A model generated the notes under the pieces. That model made no database searches and was not told where the DNA came from. It saw nothing but the letters and a program-made list of their open reading frames with translations. The position numbers and the translations under genes are program-made. Of a stretch of 64,000 nt of DNA, positions 50,974-64,000 are shown one piece after another (position 1 is the first letter of the stretch; every line of letters begins with the position of its first letter). This DNA is from Lama guanicoe. Its lineage: Eukaryota. The DNA lies in contig MU053810.1 of NCBI GenBank assembly GCA_013239625.1, forward strand, positions 6,668,122 to 6,732,121, read 5' to 3'.

Positions 50974-53900
50974 GAAGTCTAATCTATTTTCCCCAATACT
51001 CATTAAAGGGGGCTTTTATCACATTTCACCTGTCACAATATAGCCTAATTTTCTGGGGGGCGGTTAAGAATTTAAATCCTTAGAAACAATGGCTATTTTA
51101 GAATTCCTTTAAGTAAGACTGATTGTATTCTTCTCAGTTCCCTCTAAACACTGGCATATGGCTAATTAAATCACTGAACACACTATCTGCTTTTTTGTGT
51201 TTAAAATATGACACCAGGAAAGAGGTGAACAAAGAAGGACATGTCAATGAGGAAGAGAAAAGATTATATTTTCTGTAGTGAAAACAGCCCATGTGAAATT
51301 CATGGAAATGAATGAGTGCTTTTGAACTATGAGGTAATCAATGTTGGAATCCTCTGAAAGCAACCAAATATTAGGATTTTTTTTTTAATTTGGGAATTTT
51401 AAATTCCCAAATGTTATGTGAACCCAAGTTCAATCACTGCTTAGATTTTTCTCTATGTCTTTTTCTGAAACAAAGGATTTCAAGCTCTAAGGGGTTTCCA
51501 GAAGCATGAGATTCTTCATATATTGGTGGACTTTTCACAACCGTGAAGAGATGGGGAAGATCCTAATTTATATAGCAGTCTTTGTCAGATCATATAAATA
51601 CAGTTGAGAAGAGCTAGGTCATATCAGCGATACAGAACGATAACAGACAATAATAAAAGATAAACAGAGCCTGAATAGAGCTTTTAGTATATATGTTTGT
51701 GCTAGGTTAAGGCAGGCAGTGAAATAGCTTTATTCTCAATCATGCCCATTTTTAACCACATTAGATTATCACCACCTAACTTCTGGAAGAAACCAAGGAC
51801 ACATTTCAGTGCTTGCCTACTTTTGAACTAAAGGTTGACACAGAGATTTAGTCCTGCAATGGAAGTTCTACACGTCCTTGCCATTACCATCTACTGGTCA
51901 CATTTTTGCAGCCCTGTTGCTGTTTCTTGTAGGCAAGGCAAGAATCTGCCCACTTCTTCTAACTTACCCTGGTCACTGGTACTGCTTTAGTCTCTTCAGT
52001 CTACATTCTGAATATGTAGTCAGAAACTAACTGCTAACCAATTAAATATACTAAAGAATGACCTCCATTGCATCATCACTTCTGCTGCTGAATTTATGTA
52101 TTCCAAACTTGGAAGCTGTATATTGGAGGACCTTGCCAGCAAGCTAGGTATAAAGATGTGGTCTTCCCGACTGACATTATAAAAATAATTCAGACATGAG
52201 AAGTCAGTTCCACTCGTTTGTCAGTTTTTACCAAACAATCAGGAAATTCATAGGGTAATAGAGTTTTAACTTTTAACCATGCTAAATTTTATTGCTATTG
52301 TGAAAAATCCTGAACACGAACAACTGACCACGAATTTACCAACTAGGGTACAGAGATTAAGAAAAACAATCTGATAACCTTACTACTAACATTTTTCAGA
52401 ATGAGTATGACTTGGGATATTTATTTGCTTTTGCCATCAATTTAGCAGAATGGTTCCCAATCCCAACTCCTTTATTCTTTACATAGCTCCAGTAGGACGG
52501 TGACATTAAAAAAAAAAGTTTTTATCAAAAGCAAATCAACTTTATTCTACTTCAATATTTGTAAATGTACTATGCAATATTTTAAAAATTATAATTCTGA
52601 TGTGCCATGCCAAATTTGTACCAAGGTCTTATTTTGACTGTTGGATGAGTCAGAGGTAGAATTTCCTAAAAGGGCTTGGGTACTGCCATTTTAGTTTATA
52701 TAATTTGCTCAAAAATATTTCCCCAAATTTGAATATACGCTTTTACCATTCAACTTAATCTGGGGACAATTGTGTAACTGCTGGATTTTTAGCTTTCGCG
52801 TGTTTCCTCACACTGGTCTAACGCTGACCATACAGAACGGTACAAGGTAAAGGCAGCTGGACTCATTCTTTCTTCTTTCAGCAAATGTTTATCAAGAGCC
52901 CACACCTGACAGATACATTGCTAAGGTGCCAGGGATGTGGTGTGAACGATCCAGGCAATGTTGCTGAGGAGCACGTAGCTTCTAGGTTAGGAGAGGAAAG
53001 GCAGTGAGCAGAAGGAAGAATCCTTTCTTTTGCCTTCAGTGAGCTACAGATGCTACACTGAAACATACTCAGAAAAGTGCCAAGTCATATAAAGAGGAAC
53101 GGGACAAGTGCAGCAGGGTTATGTTTTATATGGATATAGATGATTTCCAAAGAGGTATGGCAGCTGAAGTCTTTATAGGAATTCTAGTCTGATCCAGAAA
53201 TACTCTGGAACATCCAAAATTTGAAATTCTCTTTCTACCAGATAAAATTATTTTCTAAAAAACAGACTATTGGGGGCCTATACAGTATTCCTCACCTTGT
53301 CCAATGTTCATCTGTCTTTCACAGTTGCAATATTTATATCCTTACTTGCTTTCTATTAAAGTTTACTTCACAATTTTTTATACAGGACAAACAATGATTA
53401 CTGAAAATTATAAGCAGACAATGGGATTCTGAAAGTCATTTTTTCTTCTATTTCTGTGTTTTGAAATATTTCTTATATTTTCAAATATTTCTTAAAAGAA
53501 GAAACTGAGGCTCATAGGGGTTGAGAGATTTTCCCAAGTAATTTTCTATACCCAGTTCCTCCTTCTGAAACACTTGTGGTAGGAAAATCACCTACCTGGC
53601 TGGTTCTGAAGCAGACCTGGTCAGTAAGCAAAAATAGAAAGGCCCCATCCTTGAAAATTATCACCGATATTTCTAACTAGGGGTCTACTTTGGTGAGAAA
53701 ACTCCTATCACACTCCTTTAAATGGCTCTGTATTCTGTATTTTTAAAAGAAATAGAATGTTTTTGATGGGTCAGGCCGATCCAGAACGCATGTTTATCAT
53801 TATATTAACCATCACTTTTTCTTTTTTTCTAAATTGGCTCCTGACACTAATGTAAGTAAAAAACAGCTTCTTGATAAAGATCTCTTATGGCAACTTCAAG

Positions 53901-55394
53901 GTAAAAACCTCCCTCCAGCCTCTCCATATCCTCTCCCCTGCATAGAAACATTTCTGTTTAGGAAATAGGGAATAATTTAGCTTTCAGTGTAATTTTCTTT
54001 TCGGCTGACTGAAGATATACGAATTTATTATTGAATAACAACCTGGATGTAACAAATCTAATGGTAAGCATGCTACTTTTAGAAATATACAAAGAGAACT
54101 GAAAAGAGGCATACACTACACATTAGAAAACATTAAACTCGGAGAGGTTCAATACAGAATCTCTAAGGCCCAATCCTGAAAGTGAAACGAATGAGATTGC
54201 TGTAGGGTAGTGTGAAAAAAAATTACAGCAACCATATGCCTCTGATTTTTCAAAACAGTCTTAATTTCAAATATTTGTTCCTATTGTTATACCACATGAC
54301 GGCTTTTCTTTAGAGAATTGTGTCACTGCAAGAAAGTGTAATTTTGAAACTAAGGTTCCAGTGGTTTATAGGACATATTGTCTGGACAATAACAAAACCA
54401 CCACCAAACATTTACCTTCCTCTGACCCCTTGATCTCTGCACCCTATTATTAGTCTTGTACTTTCCAGGAGACACTAATGGTATCATTTCACACTGTTGG
54501 GGATATTAGTTTAACTCCTGCCTCTCAAGTCTTGCTAATTCTATCTCACTCCAAGAGCCATGACCTAGAGTGACCACCATAACCAGTCTCTTCTCTTGGC
54601 TTCTCTCCACCTTAATGGAGAGCTGGTTATTGTTGGAAGAACTGCATTCCCGGCAGCCCCTCAAGCCATGGCTCTTCCTCCTCTCCTCACCACCACCTCA
54701 GGTCCTCGGGAACATGAGCTCAGGGGTCCTCCTGGCTCTTCATTTCCCTTCCCTGGTATTATCCACACTTAATGTATTAAAAAATGCCCACTTTTTTTTT
54801 TTTTCACAGTTTCTTCCTTGCTAGTGGAAAAACTTGCCTCCTGGTATGCATTCCTCTCTGGAGAGGAATTTCCTGGAGAATTTTCTGGCAGTCAGGTACA
54901 GTGAAGTCTGCCCATGATACTAAAGAGGGATTGTGGAGGGCGCGGTTAAACCAATAAGTGAGGAGAAAAAGTGTGGTCAGAATGGAATTCTTCAACGAGT
55001 GATTTGAGAGGTGGGGGGATTTGAGATGGCAGAAATGTCATATAAAGTGAGAGAGGTCACTGGAGATGAGGGGGCTCAGTGGAGACGAGTGTGGCCTAGC
55101 TTAGACAGTACGAGGGAGAAAAAATACGAGTGGGTAGGAATAGAAGTGTAGGCAAGAACTGAAAGACCCTCCTCTCTGATGGCACCTATTTATTTTTTCA
55201 AGAAGTTCTTTAAAAGAGAAGTGGATAGTTTGGAAGTATGAAGAGAGGATACATGTCAAGACTTGAAATAACATTGTGAAGAATGTTCTAGTGGTTGGTC
55301 AGCGAAGCAGGAAGGGCATTGCAGAATGCCCATTGCCTAACTGCTGTAAGTGGTCCCTCTGTTCTAGGAAGTTCATCTGATTACCTCCTCTGAG

Positions 55395-55587
55395 TCAGTC
55401 ACTCTATACTTTAGGGTAACATCAGAATGACCTGGAGGGCTTGATAAACATAGATGGCTGGGGCCCACTATCCTAGAACGTCTGGTTGAGGACTTCAGGA
55501 AGTGACCCCAAGAATTTGCATTTCTAACAGGCTCCAGGGCGAAGCTGCGGCTGCTGGCTGTGAGACGGCACTTTGAGAAGCACTGCT
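55395..55587. mobile_element. MER5-type hAT fossil
   Basis: atcagaatgacctggagggcttg...agaatttgcatttctaacag...ctttgagaagcactg. Confidence 0.7.
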
Positions 55588-57747
55588 CTCAATCCTTCTC
55601 CATTCTAATGGCTCCAACTCCAAAATCCCTGAATTCGGTCCATTTCATATTGTATGTATATATACACAAACCTCTTAAAAGCAATCTAGATCGAACTTAC
55701 TGATTTATTGCATCACTTTTCTGGTTCTCCAAGTTCCTTCAACAGATTTTCAAGATTCACAATAAACTTAACCATCTGGCGTTATTTACAATGTATTTCA
55801 TCATAACCCTTTTCTAGCTAGGCATTTCCTTCATGTTTCATATAATTCCCACCCGCCCCCACCACTACTCCTATCTTCATACTTCTTCACAGTAATCTAA
55901 ATTTGACCCATGGCTCAGAAAAGTTCTCTTTTATAAAGATACCTGGGTTCTGGCCCAAACTGCTGCCTTCCTTTACCATTGATTTTTGCTTTTTAATAAT
56001 TTTAAAAAATTCTCACTTATCTGTATAAACCAACAGTAAACTACTTGATGAGAGGAGTAAGGCCTTCATATCCCCCATAAAGTGTTCAACATAGTACTAG
56101 AGACATTATGGGTGTTCAGCGGATCTTATTGTATAAAATTCTTATGTATAAAGAAAGTTCATATAAAATGAATGGCAGGTTACTGTCAGTTATATATTCC
56201 TATTTATTACTACATAGAGATCACATATGTGACCTTCTTTAGGGTGCAGAATACATTTTTAAAAGGCCGTTGACTACATCTCAAAACCAATGTGTGAAAA
56301 ATGCAAAAAACTGCTAGGTGAATAAATAGGGCATGCTTTCTGCTTGTTTGTTGCCTATCCAATGATGCCTCTTCATGTATTCTGAGTATTATATTCTTCG
56401 TAAAACATAAAAGAACTATAATGGGCTTTTCTTCATAGTAATACAGGGAAACGATTTTTCCCAGTTTGGTTAACTTGAATTGATGAATGTAAAATAATAA
56501 TAAAAGAGGTTTCCATTAAGCAGAAAATTTATACCTAGACAATTTACTTAATTTTCCTACTCAGACTAAAGTCACAATCAGAATTGCTTCCTACCTTAGT
56601 TCTTTGCTTTATCTTCTGATAGTGAGATTGATATGCACTGAGGTGGAACTACTGATACCTTCTTTGATATTGATCAAAACAATGATTGACTTTGTATATT
56701 ACCATAAAGACCATTCCCTTTATGTACCTACACTGCTTATTATTACCGACATCAGGCCTATAAGATTCCTAAAATATCTTGTCTAGTAAAATATTATACA
56801 CATTTTATTAGCTTCTAGCAAAATGTTGATTGTGAACATTCAACAAACAATTACCAAATATAGGGGAGACAGAAAATAGAAATTAAATCCATGTGTTTAT
56901 TTTTGACATCTGCCAAATAAAATTAAGATTTGTCCCTGGCTGACTGAGGGGAATAACAACAAAATAATAAAGGGTTTTTATATCTTTGGAAGTTTATCTT
57001 AAAACAGCCGAATATTAACAGCAAAACATTTTCTATGGAATTTTCTCTTTTTCATTCTTTCAATTTTTTTCAAAGTGAGGTGCCAGAAAAATAGTCTGTA
57101 TTTTTGGGCCAATTCATCATGTGATTCTTCCAAGTTTTCCAGTTTCTCAGTCATATAACTCTTATTGCCCCCAAGTAGTCCAGATCTATGTTTGTGTAAT
57201 ATGGGACCTCCAGGGAATTTATCTTTACAGGGAAGATAAATTAGAAATTTTGCATAGAGTGCCCTGGATACCAAGTCTAATACATCATAGGACCAGAACT
57301 ATATAAAAATTACCAACATGTTTCCTTTTTGCCTCCCAGCTAAAGAAATAAGTCAAGAGAATGGCTACTGTTAGTCAGATGGGGACACACTCATAGGATA
57401 GAAAGCAGAAAGGCTCTTTGGACAGAGAAGTTGCCTTTACTTACTGAATGTCTTCCTGATTGCATTTTCTTTCTTTCTTTCTTTTTAAACATTTTTTATT
57501 GATTTATAATCCCTGATCACAGTTTTTGAACAAGGCTACACACTTTTGAGAAAGAATGGGAACTCTCAGAAGAGGTTTGTATTCCACATGTCATCATTGT
57601 TCTTTTCATAATACTCTTCCACCCAAATCATATTTAGTGAAATTCCTTTAGGGTTTGTGACAGGGTTTGGCAAGGCTTTGCATGAGGTTCATTTTAATGC
57701 TACTGGGCAAAGGACGATACCATCACACAAAACGAGTGACCACATAC

Positions 57748-57986
57748 CAACTGCTGTCATGTAATCCCAGCGCTCAACGAGGCACATATTGAAGATGAGG
57801 TGATCTGATGTTTGCCCTTGGCCAATGAGTGAAATCTGCCTCTCCAAATTCTGGCAAACGGATGAAGTCCAGCCAACGAGAAACCAAAATACTACCAGGA
57901 GTATTACTGCCAGCATCCTCATGACCCGTCCCCCCGTCATGTATGGAATCCGTTGCGCTGTTCGTGAAAGAAACACCTTCAAAACC
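57748..57986 (-). CDS. GPR158: GPR158 exon 7 (239 bp; ICL2-TM4-ECL2); upstream exons lie beyond the window end
   Basis: ttttccag|G GTT TTG AAG...GCA GTT G|gtatgt; VLKVFLSRTAQRIPYMTGGRVMRMLAVILLVVFWFLVGW...MCLVERWDYMTAV. Confidence 0.97.
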
Positions 57987-59297
57987 CTGGAAAAGTAAGA
58001 CATCAAAATGTGAGGGCAAACCTAACACTCAGAAAGCAAAACTCTAAAATCTCATTTTTCTAGGTGAAATTTAAACCCACCCAAACCTACATATGTAGAG
58101 TTTTAACATTAAAAAAAAAAGAAACAGTATTGCTTTTATTTTTGCTTAATTTCATCCAGTTTACTTCCAATAGCAGAACAAATATCTTGCATTAGAGGCC
58201 AATGAGTCAATAGATTTGTATAGGATGGAATTCTTTTGAGTACGTCTTAATATTTCAAGGAAAATTCTCAAGACCTTAGAAAGATCCATAGGGCAACATT
58301 GTACAAACAGGGTTTCTGAGGGATCAAAAAATAGTCCTGAAAGTGAGTAGTTGGGTTTTACAGCATTATACAAAGACAAAAACTTCCTTAAATCAGTTAT
58401 TTTCATAGTAGAATGCTATAAAGGTATTTTCTGATAATCATTTTATACAGCTTCCCTTTATAGTCATTTTATCACATTACCAAAAATAGTAAGTATGAAA
58501 CAGTAAGAGGGGTAGTTAAATACCCCCCAGTAAGATTACTGCATTGAGGAAGAGGATTGTGATATGATTTATAAGAAGTGTAGTGATTTTTAAAATTTAC
58601 ATTTTCTTCTTCCATATATAGGACTCACACGAATAGCCAGGGTTGAGAACTACCAGATTAGGTGAGATCTAAGAACTATTCCACCTCTAAACATGGGGTG
58701 AAGACAAAATCCAACCTTATTATAGGGATCTTTTCAGACACACGTTCTTTAATTTCATCTGCAAAATATTCTTAGCTGATTTTAACTCCCCACTCATATT
58801 CTGGTATTTTAGGTCACACAATTATGAGTTTATATGAACTACCATGATGGTTTATGATACCATAATCAATTTCCAAAAGGCAAAAATAAATTTCTCTTCC
58901 CAACTCTATTTCCTCCTCCATTTCACTCTTTCAACATTTTAAATGAAACATTTATATGAATTAATCATAAAATCATTATAAATCTGGAAATGAAACAAAT
59001 ACACCTGAGACAGTCTAGATGTATTACACCATTTTTCCTTCCTATGTAGACCCTTAGTAGCTCTCCCTGAATTAACACATCTAGTAAAGAAAGTTATTTT
59101 CCAGCAGATTCTTTTTTATTCCCCCTAATCCCTGCTATAACTTTAACCTCACTGTCCTTCAACTAACTCATAGGATAAAGGTATTTAATTGTGAATAAAA
59201 TACTTATCCTCAAGTTTTATGAGGAACAATGTCAGAAAGGTATTAATATACAATAAGAGTAGAAAGGAGGGCATGTTAACTACTCACCATTTAACTA

Positions 59298-59801
59298 CAG
59301 ATGGTCCCCAACTTAAGATGGTTTGACTTATGGTTTTTTGACTTTATGATGGCACAAAGGGATATGCATTCAGTAGAAACTGTACTTCAAATTCTGAATG
59401 TCGATCTTTTCCCAGGCTAGTGACATGTGGTAGATACTTTCTCATGATGATGGGCAGTGGCAGAGGGTGGCAGCTCGCAGTCAGCCATGTGATCACGATG
59501 GTGAACAAGGGATATACTTTCAACCGTCTGTACCCATTCAACCATTATGTTTTCCCTGCTTCCAGTACAGTATTCACTAAGTTACATGAAATATTCAACA
59601 CTTTATTATAAAGTAGGCCTTGTGTTAGATGATTTTGCACAACTGTAGGCTAATGTTAGTGTTCTGAGCATGGGTAAGGTAGGCTAGGCTAAGCTATGAT
59701 AGTCCTCAGTTAGGTGTATTAATGCATTTGTAACTTATGATATTCTCAATTTACAATCAGTTTATCTGGGCATAACTCCACTGTAAGTCAAGGAAGAGCT
59801 G
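59298..59801. mobile_element. TcMar-Tigger non-autonomous element (MER47-like)
   Basis: Imperfect TIRs cagatggtccccaacttaag / tgtaagtcaaggaagagctg, flanked by TA on both sides; internal ggtaggctaggctaagctatgat. Confidence 0.8.
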
Positions 59802-59999
59802 TAGTTCACCAGATTAGCAGTTGTTCTCCATTCCCGCTGTAAAACACTGAGTACAGCCCATGCCATGCTGAATGCTAGTGCTGGCAGCCAACGTGGTACC
59901 CCTGCCTCATATGCTCAAACGCTTCTGCTCCAAGTAGCTGAATTGCTACTTGTTAAGAATCAATTGTATTTGTCCCCAGATTATGCCCATTGTTGTCAT

Positions 60000-60335
60000 C
60001 TTTTTAAAAATTGAAGAATAGTTGATTTATAATATTATGTTAGTTTTAGGCTACAACATAGTGCTTCAGTATTTTTATAGATTATACTCCATTTAAAGTT
60101 ATTATAAAATAATGGCTACATTTCCCTGTGCTGTACAATATATCTTTGTTACTTATCTATTTTATACATAGTAGTTTGTGTCTCTTAATCTCATACCCCT
60201 TTTTTACCCCTTCTCTTTCCCTCTCCCTACTGGTAACCACTAGTTTGTTCTCTGGATCTGTGAGTATGTTTCTGTTTTGTTATATACATTAGTTTATTTT
60301 TTAGATTCCACATATAAGTGATAACAGAGTATTTG
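60000..60335 (-). mobile_element. 5'-truncated L1 3' end
   Basis: Same family motifs as 2651-3481 (ttgaagaatagttgattta, tggtaaccactagtttgttctc). Confidence 0.85.
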
Positions 60336-62559
60336 TTCTCATTTTACATGATTTAACTAAATTGAGTGTGAAAGCAAAGGAGGCTTATTTGTATGAAATT
60401 ATTTTGAATGCCTTGGAAAGACTCATAAAGGCAAATCACTAAAAGAAGCTGTTAATTCAGGGGAAAGTGAGATAATTTTAATATACTGGGGTGGTCAATA
60501 AGCATAAAAATCTAGAAGGAGTCTACACTCAGATTACCTCAAAAAAACCCCACAACTCTTTAGATTCTTGCTCCTACTTAAAGAACCAACACTGAACAGA
60601 TAATACATTGCAGGGATTTATGCTAGAGAGAGAACAATGCATTCAAAACGTTAGATCCATAGTCAAAGGAAAGGTCTTCTTTCAAAAATATGGGTAAAGG
60701 ATTACTTGTATTTTAGATTACAGTGTATATGCACTTTTTAATCCCTTTCCAGTTTAAACAACTTTAAACAATTACTAATCCAATAAGAAGGCTTCTATTA
60801 TAATCAGCTGATCAATATTCAAAGAACTCTCTGTCTTAGAAATGAGAGCAATTTCTTAGAAAATTAATATTTTTGCCAGTGCCAATCTTACTTTCTGTAT
60901 AAGAAATCTGCACCCACTATGACACATAAATGTTTCTCGTTGCACCTGGATGAATTCTAAATTTTGAATGACTAAGGTCTCAAAAGAGAGAATCTGACCC
61001 ATTTTTCTGCTCCTCTATATTTTGGATACACCCAAACGAAAAAGAAGAGAAATGTTTCAAATTCTATCTTGACTGCACTTGAATATCTGAAATGTAATTA
61101 TAATGAACAAACGTTTATGTAGTGACAATCGTATGTGAGTTATCATGCTAGGCAACATGGAAGTCTTAGGATATGACCCTTGTCTTCTAGAAACTTACAA
61201 TCTGACTAGAAATAAGTATGTAAATAGCTACCATATAAAACAGCATACATTATGTGTTGTTATATGTAGCTAGTAAGTCCAGTAACCCCACAGAATAGGT
61301 GATATTTGGACTGGGCGTTGATGGATATCAATAGGTAGAAACAGGGAAGTGGGGAAGAAATAAGGAGATATTCCAGGTGAAGGGAATCACATAACAGAGT
61401 ACAAAGCAGGGAAATGTAAGTTGTCTTTGAAGGCCAGTGGGTGGAAATGTTTGGCAAGAGGGGAAGTGTTTTTGCTTTTGTTTTTTCTCAACCCACAGGA
61501 ACTCCTAGGGATTTTTCTAGTTATTGTGAGGAGTTTTCACTGGATTGAGAATCACCGCTCCAGGGGAAAATAGTTATGATTTATATTTTTTTTCCATGGC
61601 CAAGATGTGGGAAATCATTTATTTTTCTGATACTTGAAGATTTTCACAATCCACATAGAAACTCTATACCTCAAAGTGAGTGAACAGTGGATTTTTAAAA
61701 TAACCATCTTTAAAGTACTTCTTAACCAGATGAGTTTGTCATTTGCAGAGGAAATCTATATGATCCCAGTTTGGTAATCTTTTAATCAAGAAATCCCACT
61801 TCTAAATTATCAGAAATATTCATGTTTTCCAGATGACTGTGTGGGTGTTTATTATATAGCCTAGGAGTTCAAGATTGTCACAGATCCCGTAATCTCGTTT
61901 CCAGAGAGGAAAAACCAGAGCAAAGCCCTCCTGAGTCTCCTGTTATTGATTTTACTGGCTTTCAAACATTAGAAAACACAATAACATAACTCCACCCTAC
62001 AATCTAAGCGTTTCAGGATATTGGTTTTTGTAAAATGGAGTAAGATACATTTTTCTAGGATTGCCTTAAAATAAAATGAGAAAATTCTTCTATATCTTTT
62101 AAAAAAGAGCTCTTGTTAGTCTACATAGGTTCACTGTCTAGAAACCAAGTTCTAAAAATGAAATCCTTAGACACGCAATTATTTGAAATACAGCTGTAGG
62201 GAAAAATGCAATCATTAAATTTCTTATATAGATTAATTTTTCCACTATTTTTTTCATAGATAAATCTTTAAGCTACCATCTGTTTGGAAGGTTTTTACTA
62301 TTTCTGAAGGAAAGCAGTAACATATACAAGAAGGCTGCAAAAAACTTCCAGAACTTAATATAAACAGGTATATTTAAAGTATCTTTTCAATTCTCATTAT
62401 TAATATAGTTAATAAATTCATAGAAATTATGTTGAAATGATGAAAAAAAAAAGGTGCAGCCCAGGAATTGGCTATCATGATATTGCCTGCCTCTACTTTT
62501 TCCCTTTCTGTACGTTTCTGGTTTGAGCCCATAAAATTCTTCGGTAACGACTTGTACTT

Positions 62560-63660
62560 AGGTTATTGGTTATCTTCTTCAAATAGCTAACTGATATTCT
62601 TTCTCTTGTTTAACCTGATCTCTCTCCAGCTTTTGGCATGGTGGAAGCACGTGGCTTCCAGTAGGTCACAGTCTCTTGATTTTCTTCCTACTCTTCACTG
62701 ATCAACTTTTTAGTCTGTATCACAGAGTCCTCTGCCTCAGGCTTCCCTTTAAGTAACTGTGTTCCTCAAGGATCCCCTAAACACAGTCAGCTATATTTTT
62801 TTTTCCTATGGTGGTCCTGGGGATTGAACCCAGGACCTTGCACATGCCAAGCATATGCTCTGCCACTGAGCTACACCCCCTCCCCCATCTTCCATTCTCA
62901 CTCTACACATTACATGTAGGCAATTCCATCACTGCCCTGTTTCCATTATTTATATCCTCAATCTGTGTCTTCAGTTTAGATCATTTTCCTGAGCCCAGTG
63001 ACCTACTGGACATCAACAGGCCCCAAGACAAAGGCATCACTGCCTCCACCCCTTTCTCCTCTAACCTGCTGCTCTTGAGTTACCTGTCTCAATGAGTAGT
63101 CTCACTTAATTGCTCAAAGTAGAAGCCTGGGAATGAACTTTGATATTTCTCCCTCATCTGTATTCCAGACCCCAAGTGTAATGCTAAGAAATTTAATTTC
63201 TACCTCTTAAATATCTTTCAAATCCTTCTATTTTTCTCCACCTTTCTGCCACTATACAGCTCCAGGTCATCAGTCTGTTCCTACAGTAGCTTTCTAAGCC
63301 GTCTCCTTACTGGTCATGCCCACTTTCAGTCCACGCTCTACACTAAAGCTACAGTGACCTTTCTACACTGCACTTCTGATCATGTTGCCCCCTGTTGACC
63401 GTCCTTCTGTGGCTCTCCACCCAAACCCTAGCTCCTTAGTATGGTAAAGGGGTTTTAAACATTGGTTCCTCCCTGCTTCAGGCTCATCTCTCCCCATTCT
63501 GCTTTTCCTAGGGTCCTGCACATCCCTGAGGACCACATGCAGGTGTCTTCTAGCTGAACCTTTGCCCTCAGCTTTCTGTACTGCCTCTGCCCACATCAGT
63601 ATGGACCCCTAATTTAGCTAATTCCACATAGTTCATAGTTCAGCTGAGATATCACTTGCT
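62560..63660. mobile_element. L2 LINE fragment
   Basis: Pyrimidine-rich L2-like motifs (gaaactt/ctgggaat..ctttga, ttctacctcttaaatatct, ctgatcatgttg); interrupted by a SINE. Confidence 0.55.
62796..62885 (-). mobile_element. Short tRNA-Ala-derived SINE
   Basis: ctggggattgaacccaggaccttgcacatgccaagcatatgctctgccactgagctacacccc with a T tail; same family as 34851-34990. Confidence 0.8.
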
Positions 63661-63666
63661 CTAGGC

Positions 63667-63841
63667 CAGCAGTTCCCAAGCCAGTAGCATCAACGCTATC
63701 TTAAAACTTGTTAGAAATGCAAATTCCTGGGTCCCACTGAGAACTACTAAGTTAGAAACTCTGGGGGTTAGGGACAGAAATATGTATTTTAACAAAGCCT
63801 TTAGGTAAATTCTGATAAAGGCTACAGTTTGAGAACTGCTG
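63667..63841. mobile_element. MER5A-type hAT MITE
   Basis: TIRs cagcagttccca / tgagaactgctg; degenerate 8-bp TSD ctctaggc / ctctaaac. Confidence 0.8.
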
Positions 63842-64000
63842 CTCTAAACAGCTTTTCCTGAAAGCCTTAAGATTGGTGCAGGTGCCTTTCCCACGGGCTA
63901 ACTGCTCTAAACTATCAGATAACTTTCTGAGTTTACATTATGCTGACACCAAACTTTAAAGCCTCTAGGAACAGAAAGTTTTCCATTTTCAGAATATTTG

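Noticed and set aside
1..64000. CRISPR arrays, operons, rRNA or other prokaryotic systems
   Set aside because: The sequence is mammalian (spliceosomal introns, LINE/SINE/LTR repeats); no repeat-spacer array seen.

Overview
Mammalian genomic DNA, probably from a camelid (tRNA-Ala-derived Vic-1-type SINEs). The minus strand carries the last five coding exons and the ~3 kb 3' UTR of GPR158. One intron is GC-AG, and a TAA stop falls 9 codons before the ancestral C-terminus. Intron 8 holds a TSD-flanked GNAS retrocopy. It keeps a CpG island, shows almost only AT->GC substitutions, and has an internal deletion that fuses the Gs-alpha N-terminal helix in frame to the C-terminal alpha5 helix. Downstream of GPR158 (~22.7 kb to ~4.3 kb, minus strand) lie collinear, heavily decayed exons of what looks like a lost PKD1-like polycystin gene (C-type lectin, GAIN/GPS, TM1, PLAT, TM2-3). 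The window also contains an EWSR1 processed pseudogene, a two-LTR ERV-L provirus splitting a MIR, and ordinary L1/L2/MIR/DNA-transposon/LTR fossils. All homology calls were made by eye against remembered reference sequences; no searches were run.
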